Shown one piece after another: positions 38,504-51,756 of a DNA stretch of 64,000 bases. A model generated the notes under the pieces. That model made no database searches. It worked only from the letters and a program-made list of their open reading frames with translations, and was not told the origin of the DNA. The stretch is from positions 6,354 to 70,353 of the forward strand of contig MCFE01000465.1 in assembly GCA_002104905.1 (NCBI GenBank), written 5' to 3'. Origin of the DNA: Basidiobolus meristosporus CBS 931.73. Taxonomy: Eukaryota > Fungi > Basidiobolomycota. Each line of letters opens with the position of its first letter. The stretch's first letter is position 1. The position numbers and the translations under genes were made by a program.

Positions 38504-39787
38504 TCAAAATTCTTTGCCTTCTCTTTGTTTACCTGAAGGCTGAGGATTAGCGAGCAGCCATCTGGCCGTTGGCTTATGAGTAAGACGGCTTACCGGTACG
38601 GGGCCGCAGATCTTTTCTCTAGTTTGCTCTATGGTTGGAAAACCCAACGTTGAGTTTCGGGATTCCGGGGATCTGGAAAACATGGCTTTAGGGGAAGGCC
38701 GACCGTTGAACAAAAAGTCCTCGATCGAGGAGCGGGGTGAGGAGAAATTGGAGGAGATGGATAATCCTTTCGGACGGTTCGACCTAAATCCTCCAAGGAT
38801 TTTGGCCAGAGTTCCACGGTCTCGGCGTCGAGGAGACTCGGTGTGCACGTCCATTTCGTCGTCATCGCATTCGAAATCGGAATGACAATCGACCACCGGA
38901 GAGTCGAGCTTCGACGCTAGAGTTGCGGCCAGTTTGAGTATACTTGGAACACAGTCGATAGCTTCACCACTGAAATCAACTTACCACACTCACTTGCGCG
39001 CTTTGGGCCAAACCGCTCAGCCCGTCTATTCTAAATGAGGGGCGGGCTGTTAACAAGCAAGTACAGTTGCAACTAGGGATACCATGACGTACCTCCATGG
39101 TGCTGGCCAAGTCAGTCTTGTTGTAGACTCCCCGAATCTCCCTGTTAGCCTCGATGGCCGTTTTAAACATCCTACTATCCACAAATAACTGCTCATGATT
39201 TCTTGCCAGAAGTATCGAGTCAACGATAAGGAATGTAGCCACATGCTCCAGGACTCCACAAAGAATCGCTGCTGTCCGGGAAGTGATCAGGGCGCGGCCC
39301 TTGGGTTGAAATATACAACTACTCCCCATGGTGCTGTAAATTGAGCATTGGGCTCGCATGCATTCAACAACGGTAGTCAAGGGGAGCTGCCCCCGGGGAA
39401 ACTCCCGAGGGTCACTCCGTAGCGACACCCGGCTCAAAAAGTTCTCGCCATCAGCGATCGCGTTGACGGCCAATGAGCCATGGGGACAGAGCCGATGCAT
39501 GATGATGGAAAGCTTGCCATGATCAAGCCGATGGTCGGAGGATGCCTTGACCATGGTGTAAATCATCTCATCCAAAAATACATTCAGGTACTGGACAGCA
39601 GTCTTGGAGATGCGGTGGACGCCGTATTTCCTGGCTGTTGTCCGCGCCGCACGGTACGAAATGAACACAAATTCGGGGGCTGGGAGGTTCAGAGATTTGG
39701 TTAAATTGGCGCAATGAGCAAGGATGTCCCTTGTCCAGGTGGCATCGGTATGTTAAAGAAAGTACCTTTGGTTTGGGTGATGGTCAT
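38504..39787 (-). CDS. Tandem histone-fold protein (H2B-like then H2A-like) with disordered Ser/Pro/Arg-rich C-terminus, multi-exon
   Basis: Exon 1 MTITQTK spliced to APEFVFISY. RISKTAVQYLNVFLDEMIYTM resembles H2B [66 protein letters not shown] resembles H2A [46 protein letters not shown]. Confidence 0.7.
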
Positions 39788-40821
39788 TGTCAATGAAGTG
39801 GTGTGGCTCTATTGGAGATGTAGGCAAAGGCACCAGTTGCATCAACCACTCCAAGGCCCAAGAAAGAAAGTGGTGTGCAAGGAAAAACCACGTCCAACAA
39901 TGTGAAGTCCGCAGGTTCAGGGGGATGATCTTTTAATAAACTCAGTGGAGATACAAACCCGAGACACTTTTCGTTGTAAATGGTAGTTGTACTGATGAGT
40001 CTTCTGATCATATTGGCGCTGGAATGGAAGTCAAGGTTGTACAGACTCATTCAACAACGGCTGGATATGGTACTCCTGTTAATTAATTCTAGGATCCTCA
40101 CCGTACACCAGCTAGGTCTGTGATAATTGAGAATTGTTTCAACATGACATTGATTAGCTTCTCGCGAAAGAGGGCCGTGAGCGGTTTGAAGTCTTCACCA
40201 ACCGGCTAGATGCAGTCGACCATCGGTCCAAGCAAGCCTGAGAAGGCCGGAGGGATGGAGTTGAATGCACCCACAGACGTGTCAGCTTAGCATCGTGGAG
40301 CGTAAGCCCCAGACGTTAGAACGGCCCCAGGTAGAGTGGATGCATTTGCACACCCGGTCGCCACTTGCATGCGACGACCGCTTTCTCATTACAATCTAGA
40401 CCGTATTCACGATCAATCAGCGAGGTGATACAACATTGGACAGCGGGTCTGTACCATTACAAAGGCCAAAATCGCCATTGAATCGATCCACCGATGGGAA
40501 AGCAAAAGCCCAACAACGCCCTTGCGAATCCTAATTTGGCTGGCCCTCTTTCATGCTGTGTATTTCTACAAAGAGGGATTGTTCTCCGGCATTGTGCCTT
40601 TGGTGAGGCCATAGCTTGCCGCTTAGGTTCAAGTGATGAGAACAACCAGCATCGATCCGACGCTATTGTCAATCCTCACTGACGTAAGGAACTGGAATCC
40701 GTGTAGCCTAATCAAGAGTGAAGTTGTTACTTTATTACAATTAGCCAATGAGTGGCAATCCGTGGTAGATACAGGTCTGTGATTGATTGGCTGATGGCGA
40801 GCAGCGTTGTGTTCCGTCCGG

Positions 40822-43558
40822 CTATATCGAATGCTCGCCCGTGGCATCGTCCAGGATGCCGAATTCTTGCTTCATCTGACAGATATGCCTATCGCGTTTG
40901 GATTGCACCACGGAATGCTTGATATAAGGTTTCAATGTTACGAATGCAACCTGCGCGCATGTATAAACGAGTCAGTGTATGCGTATGACATGTACGAGGA
41001 GCTGACGCCAATTACCTTGATAAGCTTTTCTTCCTCTTGAATCTCGAGTGTCATGGACTTGAGATGATGGTACACACTGCCGCTGTCCTGACACCTCAGC
41101 AGCTTCTGTTCGTTGGTCTTGAGCAACGCGACTGCTACTCGAAACAGCGATACCACGCCCTGGACGAAGAAATTGTCCCATACGCGAAGCAAGGTCTCCA
41201 TCGGGATGCAGTCTGTGTAGATGGTCAAGAACCAGCTGAACGTCACCGCCCCGAGATCCACTCCTAGGCTGCAGAAATGGCTATCTAGGCGCGGTAAGAT
41301 CTCCTTGACCAGTTCTTTGAGGACTCGCTGATCAGCCTGCGATACCAAAAGTTGCCCAGTGTAGTAGTCGGATGGAAGGATATTCTCGATGATGCATACG
41401 AGTGTCCAAAATGCGTACTCTTCGTCGGATTGTACTAGTAGCAGTACGGCGGCAATCAAATTCATTCCCTGGCAATAGCCAACCGAAGGATTGTGCCTGT
41501 GGAAGGGGTCAATCAAGTTGAATTCACGCAGCAAATCGACTGGGCAAATTACCAGCTAAAGGCTACCAGGACTCTTCGCAGTTTTTCAATGCCCAGTCCG
41601 TTTTCTTCGAAGAACTCGTGGTTAGGGAGGGTTCGATGCAAGTCCTAGTGATCTGTAGGGTTAGTCTAGGCTGATTTGATCTCGTGTAGCTAATGAGAAT
41701 GTGGTGTCGCGAACGAGTCACCTAGACGAGATACCAGAAGTAGGGCACATACCAATTCAATCTGGCTCAAGGACACCGATTCCCAACCTTCATGCTGTGC
41801 GATCAGCTCTTGGTAATAGCCAGGCTTCTTCCGTCTATATGCGCCTGAGCATTCATGCCATATTTTGGCGCGATGAATTGCTGGGATGCCAGCATGAACC
41901 AATTTCTTGAATTCCTTGTACTCCGCTTCGCCCATTCTGGCCAAGCCTAGGCTCTGCTCGACCGAATCATCGTCACGACGATCCCCCCTGGACGCTTTTC
42001 TCCTCTCGATGAAAGCATTCCATTTGTCTTTTTGAGCCTGCAGTGGTACAGTATGCATGTCTATGAGCTGTGAGAGCAGCAGATGAACGGACGGACTCTG
42101 CGCGGTATCCTTGGCCACTATAATCGTGGCTGGGGTGATGGTGGGTGAATTGGGCGGCGAGTATAAGATATGCCCTGGGTTTGCCGGTGAGGCTGGGGAT
42201 GTCATGGTGGAGTAAAAGTTGTAATAGTCGATAGGATACAGAATCTCGTGCTTGGCCAATGTCAAGTGAGAACATTGCTCATCTGGCTCAAGGTCCAGTA
42301 AGCTTGGTCGATTCTCACGCATCAAGTTTCCGACGAGCTTGCCGGCAGTACTGAGCTCTGGTTGAAGGGTCTCGGGCCCTGTCTGATCTGGCTTAGACAT
42401 CTCAACCTTTTGCTGAGCAATCAGCATCCCATTTGCCTCTGGTTCATCAGAATGACATGATCCTTCAGCTGCATGGGTCTTTTCGCGACAAACTGGCGTG
42501 TCCCTGGCTGACGAAGTGTTTATGGGGATAGTAGCTCGGCTTCTTTCTGTGCTTAGAAGATCCATTGTCCACCTAGAGACGCGGAAGGACACTCGTTTGG
42601 AATTGAAAAGTAGTGATCGCGCTGTGCCATCATCCCGCAGGGACGTTGCTGCTAGTGAGATGGCTTTAAAATGGAGCGGCTGTGAGCCAGGCTCGTCTAA
42701 AACCGTACCTGTAATTGATGGACTAATGAACCTCTGCGCTCGTCTTTGCTTCTGTTTCAGGAAATCTCCGTTTAGCTGCGGATCGTCCTCAACATGAGAA
42801 TTAATGTCAAGGCATTCTGTGCTACACCCATGTTGATGAAGAGATTGGTTCGGCGAAGACGAAAGATCCTTGAGCCCCGGTATACTCGTCACATGCCCCG
42901 ACCATGTGCTTGGAGTGAAACGGCCTGCGTGGATGGAATTCTCTAGCACTGGCAAGGTGTAGCGTCGTATTTGTGAGGGATCCACGGCGTTATCCAGTGC
43001 TCTGGATTGAATACTCCGTTTTGGACCATAATCCGATTCAGGCCCGGGTTCCTTGTCCATGTTAGAATTAAACAAGCGCTTCTGAATATGTTGATTAAGA
43101 TATGAATCACTGACGGAACGTTTTAATTTTGGCCACTGCTCAAGAGTGCTTTTTATTTCGACATCTTTTTCGGCAATGTTACTATTTGCTTGTCGATGAT
43201 CAGTATAACAGGGTGTTACAGGAGGCTCCATATCGGTAGGCGTACTCGTGGCCGTATTGACGCAAGCGACAACTGTCAGTGTTGGGTGGAGAGTTGCACA
43301 AAGGTGCCGATGCTCCAAATCCTGCTCGCTATCTGAGCTGTGCAAGTCAGATTGCAGGGCATTCGGAATGGAGGGTTGTGCTTGGGTGGGGCTATTGATA
43401 CGGCCTGTGTCGTCAAAAGCTTCTGAAGGCTTTCCTTCGGCTGATCGCTTCTCAGGCGAGGAAGGCGTTGCAGGCCTGGCTGGAATGCTGGACAAGATGT
43501 CACTTCCTTCCGCGAAAATAGGTTCTGAGGCAGAGATATCCGGCATTTGGTATTTCAA
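40822..43558 (-). CDS. Rab GTPase-activating protein (TBC domain) with long disordered N-terminus, multi-exon; true start probably slightly upstream
   Basis: LVHAGIPAIHRAKIWHECSGA; IELD..RTLP; NPSVGYCQGMNLIAAVLLL..EEYAFWTL; FSWFLTIYTDCIPMETLLRVWD; last exon ends at stop 40822-40824. Confidence 0.9.
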
Positions 43559-44173
43559 GAGAAATAACCAGAACTGAATAAAAGGTATTCAGAAAGCGTG
43601 AGGTCTAAGGACCTACCGAATCCAACTCACAAACCGAGAGGGAAAAGTGTCGTGTTTTGTTGAGTGCTCACGAAATTAAGGCACAAGTGACTGTAGTGGA
43701 AGTGGAGTGAAGCGGGCTCACTTATATTACAATAGAAGGGCTCAGTTGGAAAGGAGGTAGAGGCAGGTGCCAGAGTAAATAAAGGCTAGTGGTGTGTTCT
43801 AAGCTTTGGGCACAATATTCATGGTTTCCTGTACTGCTTTTCTCAGGGAGAAAGAGAGTCTAAAGTGTAGCGGACTAACGTGAGCTGTTCAAAAAGGGAA
43901 CGTGACAGGGGTTTTATCTAAAAAAAGCCTATGCTGTTGTTGTAGTTGCGTAAATATTCGGCATAATTGAAAACCATGAAACTATCCATTTCACGACTGT
44001 AATTGTTGCTTCATTGGTAGTGTTTTATTCGAATAGTGTATAACCACTGGCGTACCCAAAGTACCTTGCTGATTGGCCAAGATTATTTTCAGTTAAATTT
44101 GGCGCCACCCTGGTGAGGATATTATTCAGTACACCTGAACTTTACCAGTTGTTTATTTACTTCGGCTTCAAAG

Positions 44174-45050
44174 ATGGCGACATTTGGACGTTCAGCCGCC
44201 AAGCGCGGTGCCTTTATTTTGTTTGAGGGGTGTGATCGTTGTGGGAAAACAACACAAAGCTCCAAGCTTGTGGAACATTTGCGCGCCACTGGTGTAGCCA
44301 CCGAGCTTATGAAATTCCCTAGTAAGCGTTCAACTTGGCCTAAAGCCTTGAGATGGTGCTAATCGTTCGCTTGCAGATCGGGAAACCACCATCGGAAAAA
44401 TGATCGATCAGTACTTGAGAAGCGGTCAAGATCTCGACGACCAAACCATCCATCTGTTGTTTTCAGCTAACCGTTGGGAGGCCATGTAAGCCGAATACCT
44501 TACTTTGAGCTCACCCGCCCCAGCTTATTCCCTGCTTATATAGGAACGAGATGAGAGAAAAGCTGCTGAGCGGAATAACCGTTGTAGTGGATCGTTACGC
44601 TTTCTCAGGGGTAGCCTTTTCAGCCGCCAAGGTCAGATAGCTCGTCTAGAAGCATGCTCAGAGTTTGGTTGACCTAATCCGTGTTTACAGGGCTTGGATA
44701 TCAAGTGGTGCCAAAACCCAGACGTAGGACTTATCCAACCAGATGTCGTTTTCCTTTTAGATATGCCAATAGAAAACACCTCCGAACGAGATGGCTTTGG
44801 TGAAGAAAGGTACGAAAAGAGAAGCATGCAGATCAAAGTACGCGAGCTCTTCCTTAGCATGCAGAACCCAACTTGGAGAGTAAGTGACCATCGACAAACC
44901 ATTCCTATCCCAGGGGCATTAACGAGATTTTGCTAGGTCTTGGATGCACGCAGATCTATAGAAGATCTCCAGCAAGAAATCGTCAAGATCTCCACCGAGA
45001 CGTTGGCCAAGTGTCAGAAAACTGCCATTAAAGATGGGTTGTGGAAATAA
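44174..45050 (+). CDS. CDC8: Thymidylate kinase (dTMP kinase), 5 exons
   Basis: [19 protein letters not shown]-loop; FP|DR.T.IG; [10 protein letters not shown]; [16 protein letters not shown]; PDVVFLLD; GFGEERYE; ends KDGLWK*. Confidence 0.95.
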
Positions 45051-45192
45051 AGCGAATCGTCATTTAGAAATTCCATTCACTCCGTTGAAGTCATGCCATT
45101 CTACCCAACACATCCAGTTGGAAACCATGTTTATTGTGCAAGATGAAAATCGAAACTGGCTCAGAGACATAGCTAGAATAACACGGAGTCCA

Positions 45193-46739
45193 TTAGATCA
45201 CCAAAGCCTTGGTAGCCATCTGGAGTGCTCCGTCCTTGGTCTGGTTGCCGCCAATGAATCCACTGTGATGAACAAATATGCATCCCTGTGACAGCAAATT
45301 AGTAGTGATACGCAACGTGTGGAGCCAGTGTGGGGCTTACCTCAACTTGGGACTTTTCCGAGAGCTCACCATCGCGATATCCACGCCAAGCTTCGGGAAG
45401 AGGACGACGGGACTCGAACGAATTGGGGGAGACTGGGACGGCTTGAACTCTATAGGCTCCACTAAGACCATCAGGGAACAGTACATAGATAGGCTTCTTC
45501 TCGAGGTTCAACTCTTTCTCGATCTCAAACAAGTGCTCCTAAAAGAAGTCTGGGTAACTGGATTCCATAACAACAGATACCCGAGGTCTGACTAACCTTC
45601 CAGGGGCATGGACTGTCGAAAATCAGGATCTGGCCACTCTCGTGCACCTCCATACGTGTGTTCACCGCTTTGACTACAAGATCGCGGGCAGGCAACCAAG
45701 CAAGGCCGAGGAAGCGAAGTCTTTCAACAAACTCTCCACCAGCAAGCTCCATTGCTTTCTCAAAGCGAGACTATCGACGATGAATTGTTGTTAGGCAATT
45801 GCCCATTCTAGGCTAAGGTAAGAACTAAACCGTATTACGTCCAAGTCAACATCAGTTTGGTTCCACCATGGGTTCAAGCGTCCAACGCGTGCAGCAAGGT
45901 CGGTGCGATCCTCGTACTTGGGTTCGATATCTTGAGGGTATTGAGAGATGCCGTTGTCAATGGCGTCCAAGGCCTCGACAAAATCCTAAAGGCGGGCTCA
46001 GTAACAAGCTCAACTGCACGAATACTTGAGCATAGCTACCTTGTACATCTTCTGGTAAAGTAGCTCCACCTTGGGATCTTCTTGTGAGAGAGACAATTGG
46101 GAGGCAATAATCTCCTTTCCGTAGTGTCTGATGGATCAGTACGTTAGCAAGCAGCTTTCAAGGGTTCTTGCAAGATTGCCATACTTGTAAATCAAACCGG
46201 CGCTGCTAAGCTTGGTCTTGAAGTCGGCGGAGAAAACTTCGCTGAATCCACGCTAGCGTAATAGAGCTGGTTATTCATAGGCCACCCCACAAAAAGGCCA
46301 GGAGTACTAACCTGGTGGTGATCGAAACGCAACTTTTCAGGCTGGTATTCACCTCCGACATCAATCACAGCATCACACTCGGCCAATTTGCTTTCGTCAC
46401 GCGTGCGAACGATTTCTATCAATTCCCCCGAGTAAGAAAAAGGGGACTTGTGACGAGTTCAACTAAGACTTACTAGCATCTTGAAAGCCCTGGGTTAGCT
46501 TCATCAAGTATAAGCCAAGTGCTTCATCGCTGAGAAATTTCCGTCGTTAGAGTTGGGAAGAGAGGCGTGAATGGTGAATAGACGAAATACCAATGAAAGG
46601 TTCCGTTGTGAGTTCCGATTGTCTATATGGAAACTCTTAGAGAAATCCAACGTGTACTAGCAGTGGGGTTTAGCTTTACCTTGGTCATTGTATGGATACA
46701 CCTGAACGTACGAATGAAAGCTTTTGGTAAACTTGGCAT
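45193..46739 (-). CDS. MYG1: MYG1 (UPF0160) exonuclease-family protein, multi-exon
   Basis: [13 protein letters not shown] presequence; [11 protein letters not shown]|DEALG; DVGGEY..RFDHHQ; KLSSAGL; [23 protein letters not shown]; [24 protein letters not shown]. Confidence 0.93.
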
Positions 46740-47137
46740 GGAATTTTTTTTCTTTTTTGTGGAGTCCCTCGCTTTATTGGGCACGTCGCCAATGAAAATT
46801 GTTTTATGGATCGGTCACAGACGTCTTATGTGTCCTTCAGGTTGGTGAATGGTTTCAGCCCGAATCGATTTTGTTATCATGCCGAATCTACACAAATCGT
46901 TGATGCTCTTTCCGCCTAGAGATATCTGTCATATAATCCATGTTTGCTGCTTGTTCAACCTGTGGCCATTAAACAGTTCCGTAAGTGTGCAGGGTTTACC
47001 ATGATATGATCAACAGCTTTGCTACTTGGTAGGTTAAGTCTGTAACATCAGGAACACCCTTGTCAGTCAATTATTTATTGGGTTATACCTTTTAACAACT
47101 TACCTTTTTGACATGGTAGAGTGTGAGGTGCTATTAG

Positions 47138-47486
47138 TGTTGCAAAAATTTGTAATTCCACCTAAATATTCACCTAACTTAGTCACTTAGATCATTACCT
47201 TCAAATCCTAGAGAATACTCACCAAATTCCTTGTTGTGATTTACTTGGAATATTTTCACCAAAATAGCAGGTACCCTGAACATAAAGATTCTCAAAGTTG
47301 GTCAAGCAGCCCTAAACTTTGCACAAATATGCTTAGGGTCTTCCTAAACCTATTTTAAGTGTTTCTTATGCCAAGACTATGTAAAAGTATAAATACTACT
47401 TTTACATTCAATAAATCATTAGGTGAAAACTACATAATCTACTTGTTTTCCCAAGCACTTCCAATATCTTCATGACTCTTACAACA
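47138..47486 (+). repeat. Copia 5' LTR (349 bp)
   Basis: TG..CA termini (TGTTG/CAACA) followed directly by the PBS; inverted twin at 51410-51756. Confidence 0.9.
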
Positions 47487-49780
47487 GGTTATGAACCCTG
47501 AGCTGTCACTCTCTGCAATGTCTACTACTGCTATTACTGGAACTTTTACCTCTGCTGAAAAGTTGAATGGAACTAACTAGACAAGTGTGGAAGGTGAAGA
47601 TGAAGATGCTGCTACAAGAAAGAGGCCTTTGGGATATTGTCATGGGAGAAGAATGCCCTCATAAAAACAAGGGAGAGGAAGCCATAAAGTACCAGAAGAA
47701 GGAACAAAATGCCTTTAAATACATTTGCCTTAATGTCAAAGACAAATTGCTAATTCAATGCTCAAGAGCAAAAACAGCAAAGAATGCCTGAAAGACATTA
47801 GAAGACACCTACCAGTGATGTTCAGCTGCTAGGAAAACATATTTTAGACAAAAATCCCTTACTACAAAGATGCTGCCAGGAGAAGAAATGAGAAATATAT
47901 TTACTACAACTACCCTGATAGTGCATGAGATGGAATCTGTGGGCACACAAACTACTGATGATGATGTGATAGTAACCATCCAGAATAGGCTAACTGACAA
48001 ATTTCAGGGCCTTGTATCAGCCCTAGAGTCCAGAGCTGAGGATTTGACCTTAAGTTATGTCTATGGAAGGCTCCTGGATGAAGAATTAAGAAAATCAAGT
48101 GCCAACAAGAAGGAAGAAGAAAAAGCCTTAATAAGCAATGATAACCAACAAAGGAGATACTCAAGTCCCTTTTAAGGCAACAGCAGCCTGTTTTGCAACT
48201 ACTGCAAAAGGAAAGGACACACATCAGACCTGTGCTTCAAAAAGAGAGATAGCCAGCAGAAAAAGCCTGATTATGGAAATGCCTCAACAACTGAAGATAG
48301 ACTATTCATATCTGCTCTAAATATGGCCACATACAAGGATTCTCAGACATGGTATATTGACTCTGGAGCATCTCAACACTTTACACACCAAAAAGAACAT
48401 TTTACCTAATATCAAGAAATTCCAATTAAGAAGGTTTTCATGGGTGATAATCAATCACTTGATGCAGTGGAATAAGGAACCATCCAAGTAAACCTTGGAA
48501 GCAGTGAAGGAAGCCATACACTGACCTTTAACAAAGTACTCTATGTACCAGAAATAGCCAAGAACGTACTATCTGTAAGCAAGGCTGCAGCAGAAGGGCT
48601 CAGTTTCAGCTCTGACAATTCTGGATCCAGGATTGCTGATCAAGTTGATGCCCATATTGCTTTGGATATCAGAGATCAGAATCTATACAAGTTGACTTAT
48701 ATTCCACAATATCTGGAAGGCAATATAAGTAACTTACATGAAGAAACACCAATGCTTTGGCACAGGAGATTTGGACACATCAATTTTGATTATTTGCACA
48801 AAATGATTGAAAATCAGCTAATTTCTGGAGTAAAAGTTGATCCTCAGCTAATATGGAGCACTGTGAAGCCTGCATATATAGGAAGCAAGCCAGACAACCA
48901 TTCTAGAGCTCTGGGCTAATTAAAACAAAGAAAAAATCAGATCTAACTCACTCATATCTGAGTGAACCTTTGCAAAATTTACCCTCAGGTGGGATAAAGT
49001 AATTTATTACTTTTATTAATGATTATACAAGATAAACATGGGTCTACTTCATGGAAAGAAAGGAAGAAGCTTTGTCCAAGCTCAGGGAGCTTAGAGCCAT
49101 GGTGGAGAGAGAAACTGGTGAAAAAATAAAGAAAATATGATCTAACAATGGTGAAGATTATACCTAAAAACTCTTCATCCACTTCTGCAAAATTCATGGG
49201 ATAAAGCAAGAGACTACTGTACCCTACTCTCACAACAAAATGGAGTGGCAGAATGTGCAGACAGATCAATAATTGTTATGGCAAGATCAATGATCCATGA
49301 TCAAAAATTATCCTATGATTTTTGAGCAAAATCAGTTGCCAAAGCAGTGTACCTTACAAGCAGGAGTTATAGCAGAATACTATGTGATTCTACTCCATTT
49401 CATGCATGGCAAGGATTCAGACCAAGTGCAGAACATCTAAGAATACTTAGGTGCACAGCATATGCTAAGAAACTGCCCAGAAATCAGTCAAAATTTGAGT
49501 CAAAATGTATTGAATACATATTTTTGGGCTACTGCAATGAGAGTAAAGCATACAGACTATACAATACCAAAGCAACAAAGCTGATCAAGTCCAGGGATGC
49601 ATTGTTTGATGAAAGTTCAAAAGTTTCATAGAAAAAGTCATCAGATGATGACAAAAATCTGATCTCAAGTCCACCAATAGTCAGGACTGAATCAGAGTAA
49701 TACAATGAAGCTTTTTTTACTCCACATGACTCTACAACCATGATATAGCTGGAATTAGAGCCCAGGAATATCCCAGAGTG
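47138..49780 (+). mobile_element. Ty1/copia LTR retrotransposon, 5' half (LTR-PBS-gag-protease-GAG_pre-integrase-integrase), truncated and decayed
   Basis: LTR TGTTG..CAACA (47138-47486); PBS-like GGTTATGAACCC; gag ATG 47518 EKLNGTN*QVWKVKMKMLLQERGLWDIVMG; zinc knuckle C.YCKRKGH...C; WYIDSGASQH; LWHRRFGHIN; integrase PQQNGVAE-like; FGCTAY-like. Confidence 0.92.
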
Positions 49781-51756
49781 ATTATTTCAGTTTCCTACTC
49801 ATTCAAGGCTTTAAGCTCCCTGAGCTTGGACAAAGCTTCTTCCATTCTTTCCATGAAGTAGACCAACATGTATCTTGTAAAATCATCAATAAAAGTGGTC
49901 AAATACTTAATCCAACCTGAAGATAATTTTGTGTATGTCCACACAGATCTGAGTGAATTAGATCTAATTTTTTTCTTAGTTTTGATTAACCCAGAGCTCT
50001 TGAATGGCTTTTTGGCTTGTTTCCCATATATGCAGGCTTCACAGTGCTCCAAATTAGCTGGGGATCAATTATTACTCCAGAAATTAGCTGATTTTTCATC
50101 ATTTTGCGCAAATAAATTGAAATTACCGTGTCCAAATCTCCTGTGCCAAAGCATTGGTGTTTCTTCATTCAAGCTACTTATATTGGCTTCCAGATATGAA
50201 GGAATATAAGTCAACTTGTACAGATTCTGATCACAAATGCCCAAAGCAATATGAGCATCATTTTGATCAGTGATCCTGCATTCAGAATTGTCAAAGATGA
50301 AACTAAGTCCTTTTGCTGTGGCCTTGCTTACAGAAAGTAGGTTCTTGGCTATTTCTGCTATATAGAGTACTTTGTTAAAGGTCAGTGTATGGCTTCCTTC
50401 ACTGCTTCTAAGGTTTACTTGGATAGTTCCTTATCCCACTGCATCAAGTGTTCTATTGTCACCCATGAAAACCTTCATAATTGGAATTTCTTGATAATGG
50501 GTAAATAGTTCTTTTTGGTGTGTAAAGTGCCGAGATGCTCCAGAGTCAATATACTATGTCTGAGAATCCTTGTATGTGGTCATATTTAGAGCAGATATGA
50601 ATAGTTTATCTTCAGTTGTTGTGGCATTTCCATATTCAGGCTTTTTCTGCTGATTATCCGTGTTTTTGAAGTACCAGTCTGATGTGTGTCCTTTGCTTTT
50701 GCAGTAGTTGCAAAACAGGTTGCTAGTACCATTAAAAGCTCTTGGGCTTCTCCTTTGTTGGTTATCATTGCTAATAAAGCATCTTCTTCTTCCTTCTTAT
50801 TGATGCTTGATTTCCTTAATTCTTCATCCAGGAGCCTTCCTTAGACAAAACCTAAGGTCAAATCTTCAGTTCTGGACTCTGGGCTGATACAAGGCCCTGA
50901 AACCTGTCTGTTAGTCTATTAAGGATGGTTGCTATCACATTTCCATCAGTAGTTGGTGCACCTATAGATTCCATCACATCCACCAGCAGTGTAGTTCTGT
51001 TAATTAGATTTTTGATTTCTTCTCCTGGCCACATCTTTGTAATAAAGAATTTTTGTCTGAATGCATTTTCTTGGCAGCTGAACATGACTGGTAGATGTCT
51101 TCTAATGCCTTCCAGGCAATTTTGCCGTTTTTGCTCTTGAGCTTTGAATTAGTAATTTGTCTTTAACATTAAGGCAAATGCAGTTAAAGGCACTTTGTTC
51201 TTTCTTCTGGTGCTTTAAGGTTCCTCTCCCATGTTTTTAGGAGGGCATTCTTCTCCAATGACAATATCCCAAAGGCCTCTTTCTTGTAGCAGCATCATCT
51301 TCACCTTCCATACTTAGTAGTCAGATCCATCCAACCTTTCAGCAGAGGAAAAATACCAGTTATAGCAATAGTAGACATTGCAGAGAGTGACAGCTCAGAG
51401 TTCATAACTTGTTGTAAGAGTCATAGAGATATTGGAAGTGCTTGGGAAAACAAGTAGACTATGTGGTTTTCACCTAATGATTTATTGAATGTCAAAGTGG
51501 TATTTATACTTTACATAGTCTTGGCATAAGAAATACTTAAAATAGGTTTAGGAAGGCCCTAAGCAAATTTGTGCAAAGTTTAGGGCTGTTTGACCCACTT
51601 TGGGAATTTTTATGCTCAGGGTACCTGCTATTTTGGTGAAAATATTCTTAGTAAATTCCAACAAGGATTTGGTCAGTATTCTCTAGGATTTGAAGGTAAT
51701 GATCTAAGTGACTAAGCTAGGTGAGTATTTAGGTGGAATTACAAATTTTTACATCA
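49781..51756 (-). mobile_element. Second copy of the same Ty1/copia 5' half, inverted and truncated within integrase
   Basis: Reverse complement of about 47138-49130 (gag, protease, LWHRRFGH, CEACIYGKQ, FIDDFTRY); LTR at 51410-51756. Confidence 0.92.

Noticed and set aside
44174-46739. Convergent thymidylate kinase and MYG1 genes with stops only 143 bp apart, as a possible nucleotide-metabolism cluster
   Set aside because: Ordinary compact fungal gene spacing, with no evidence of a functional link from sequence alone.
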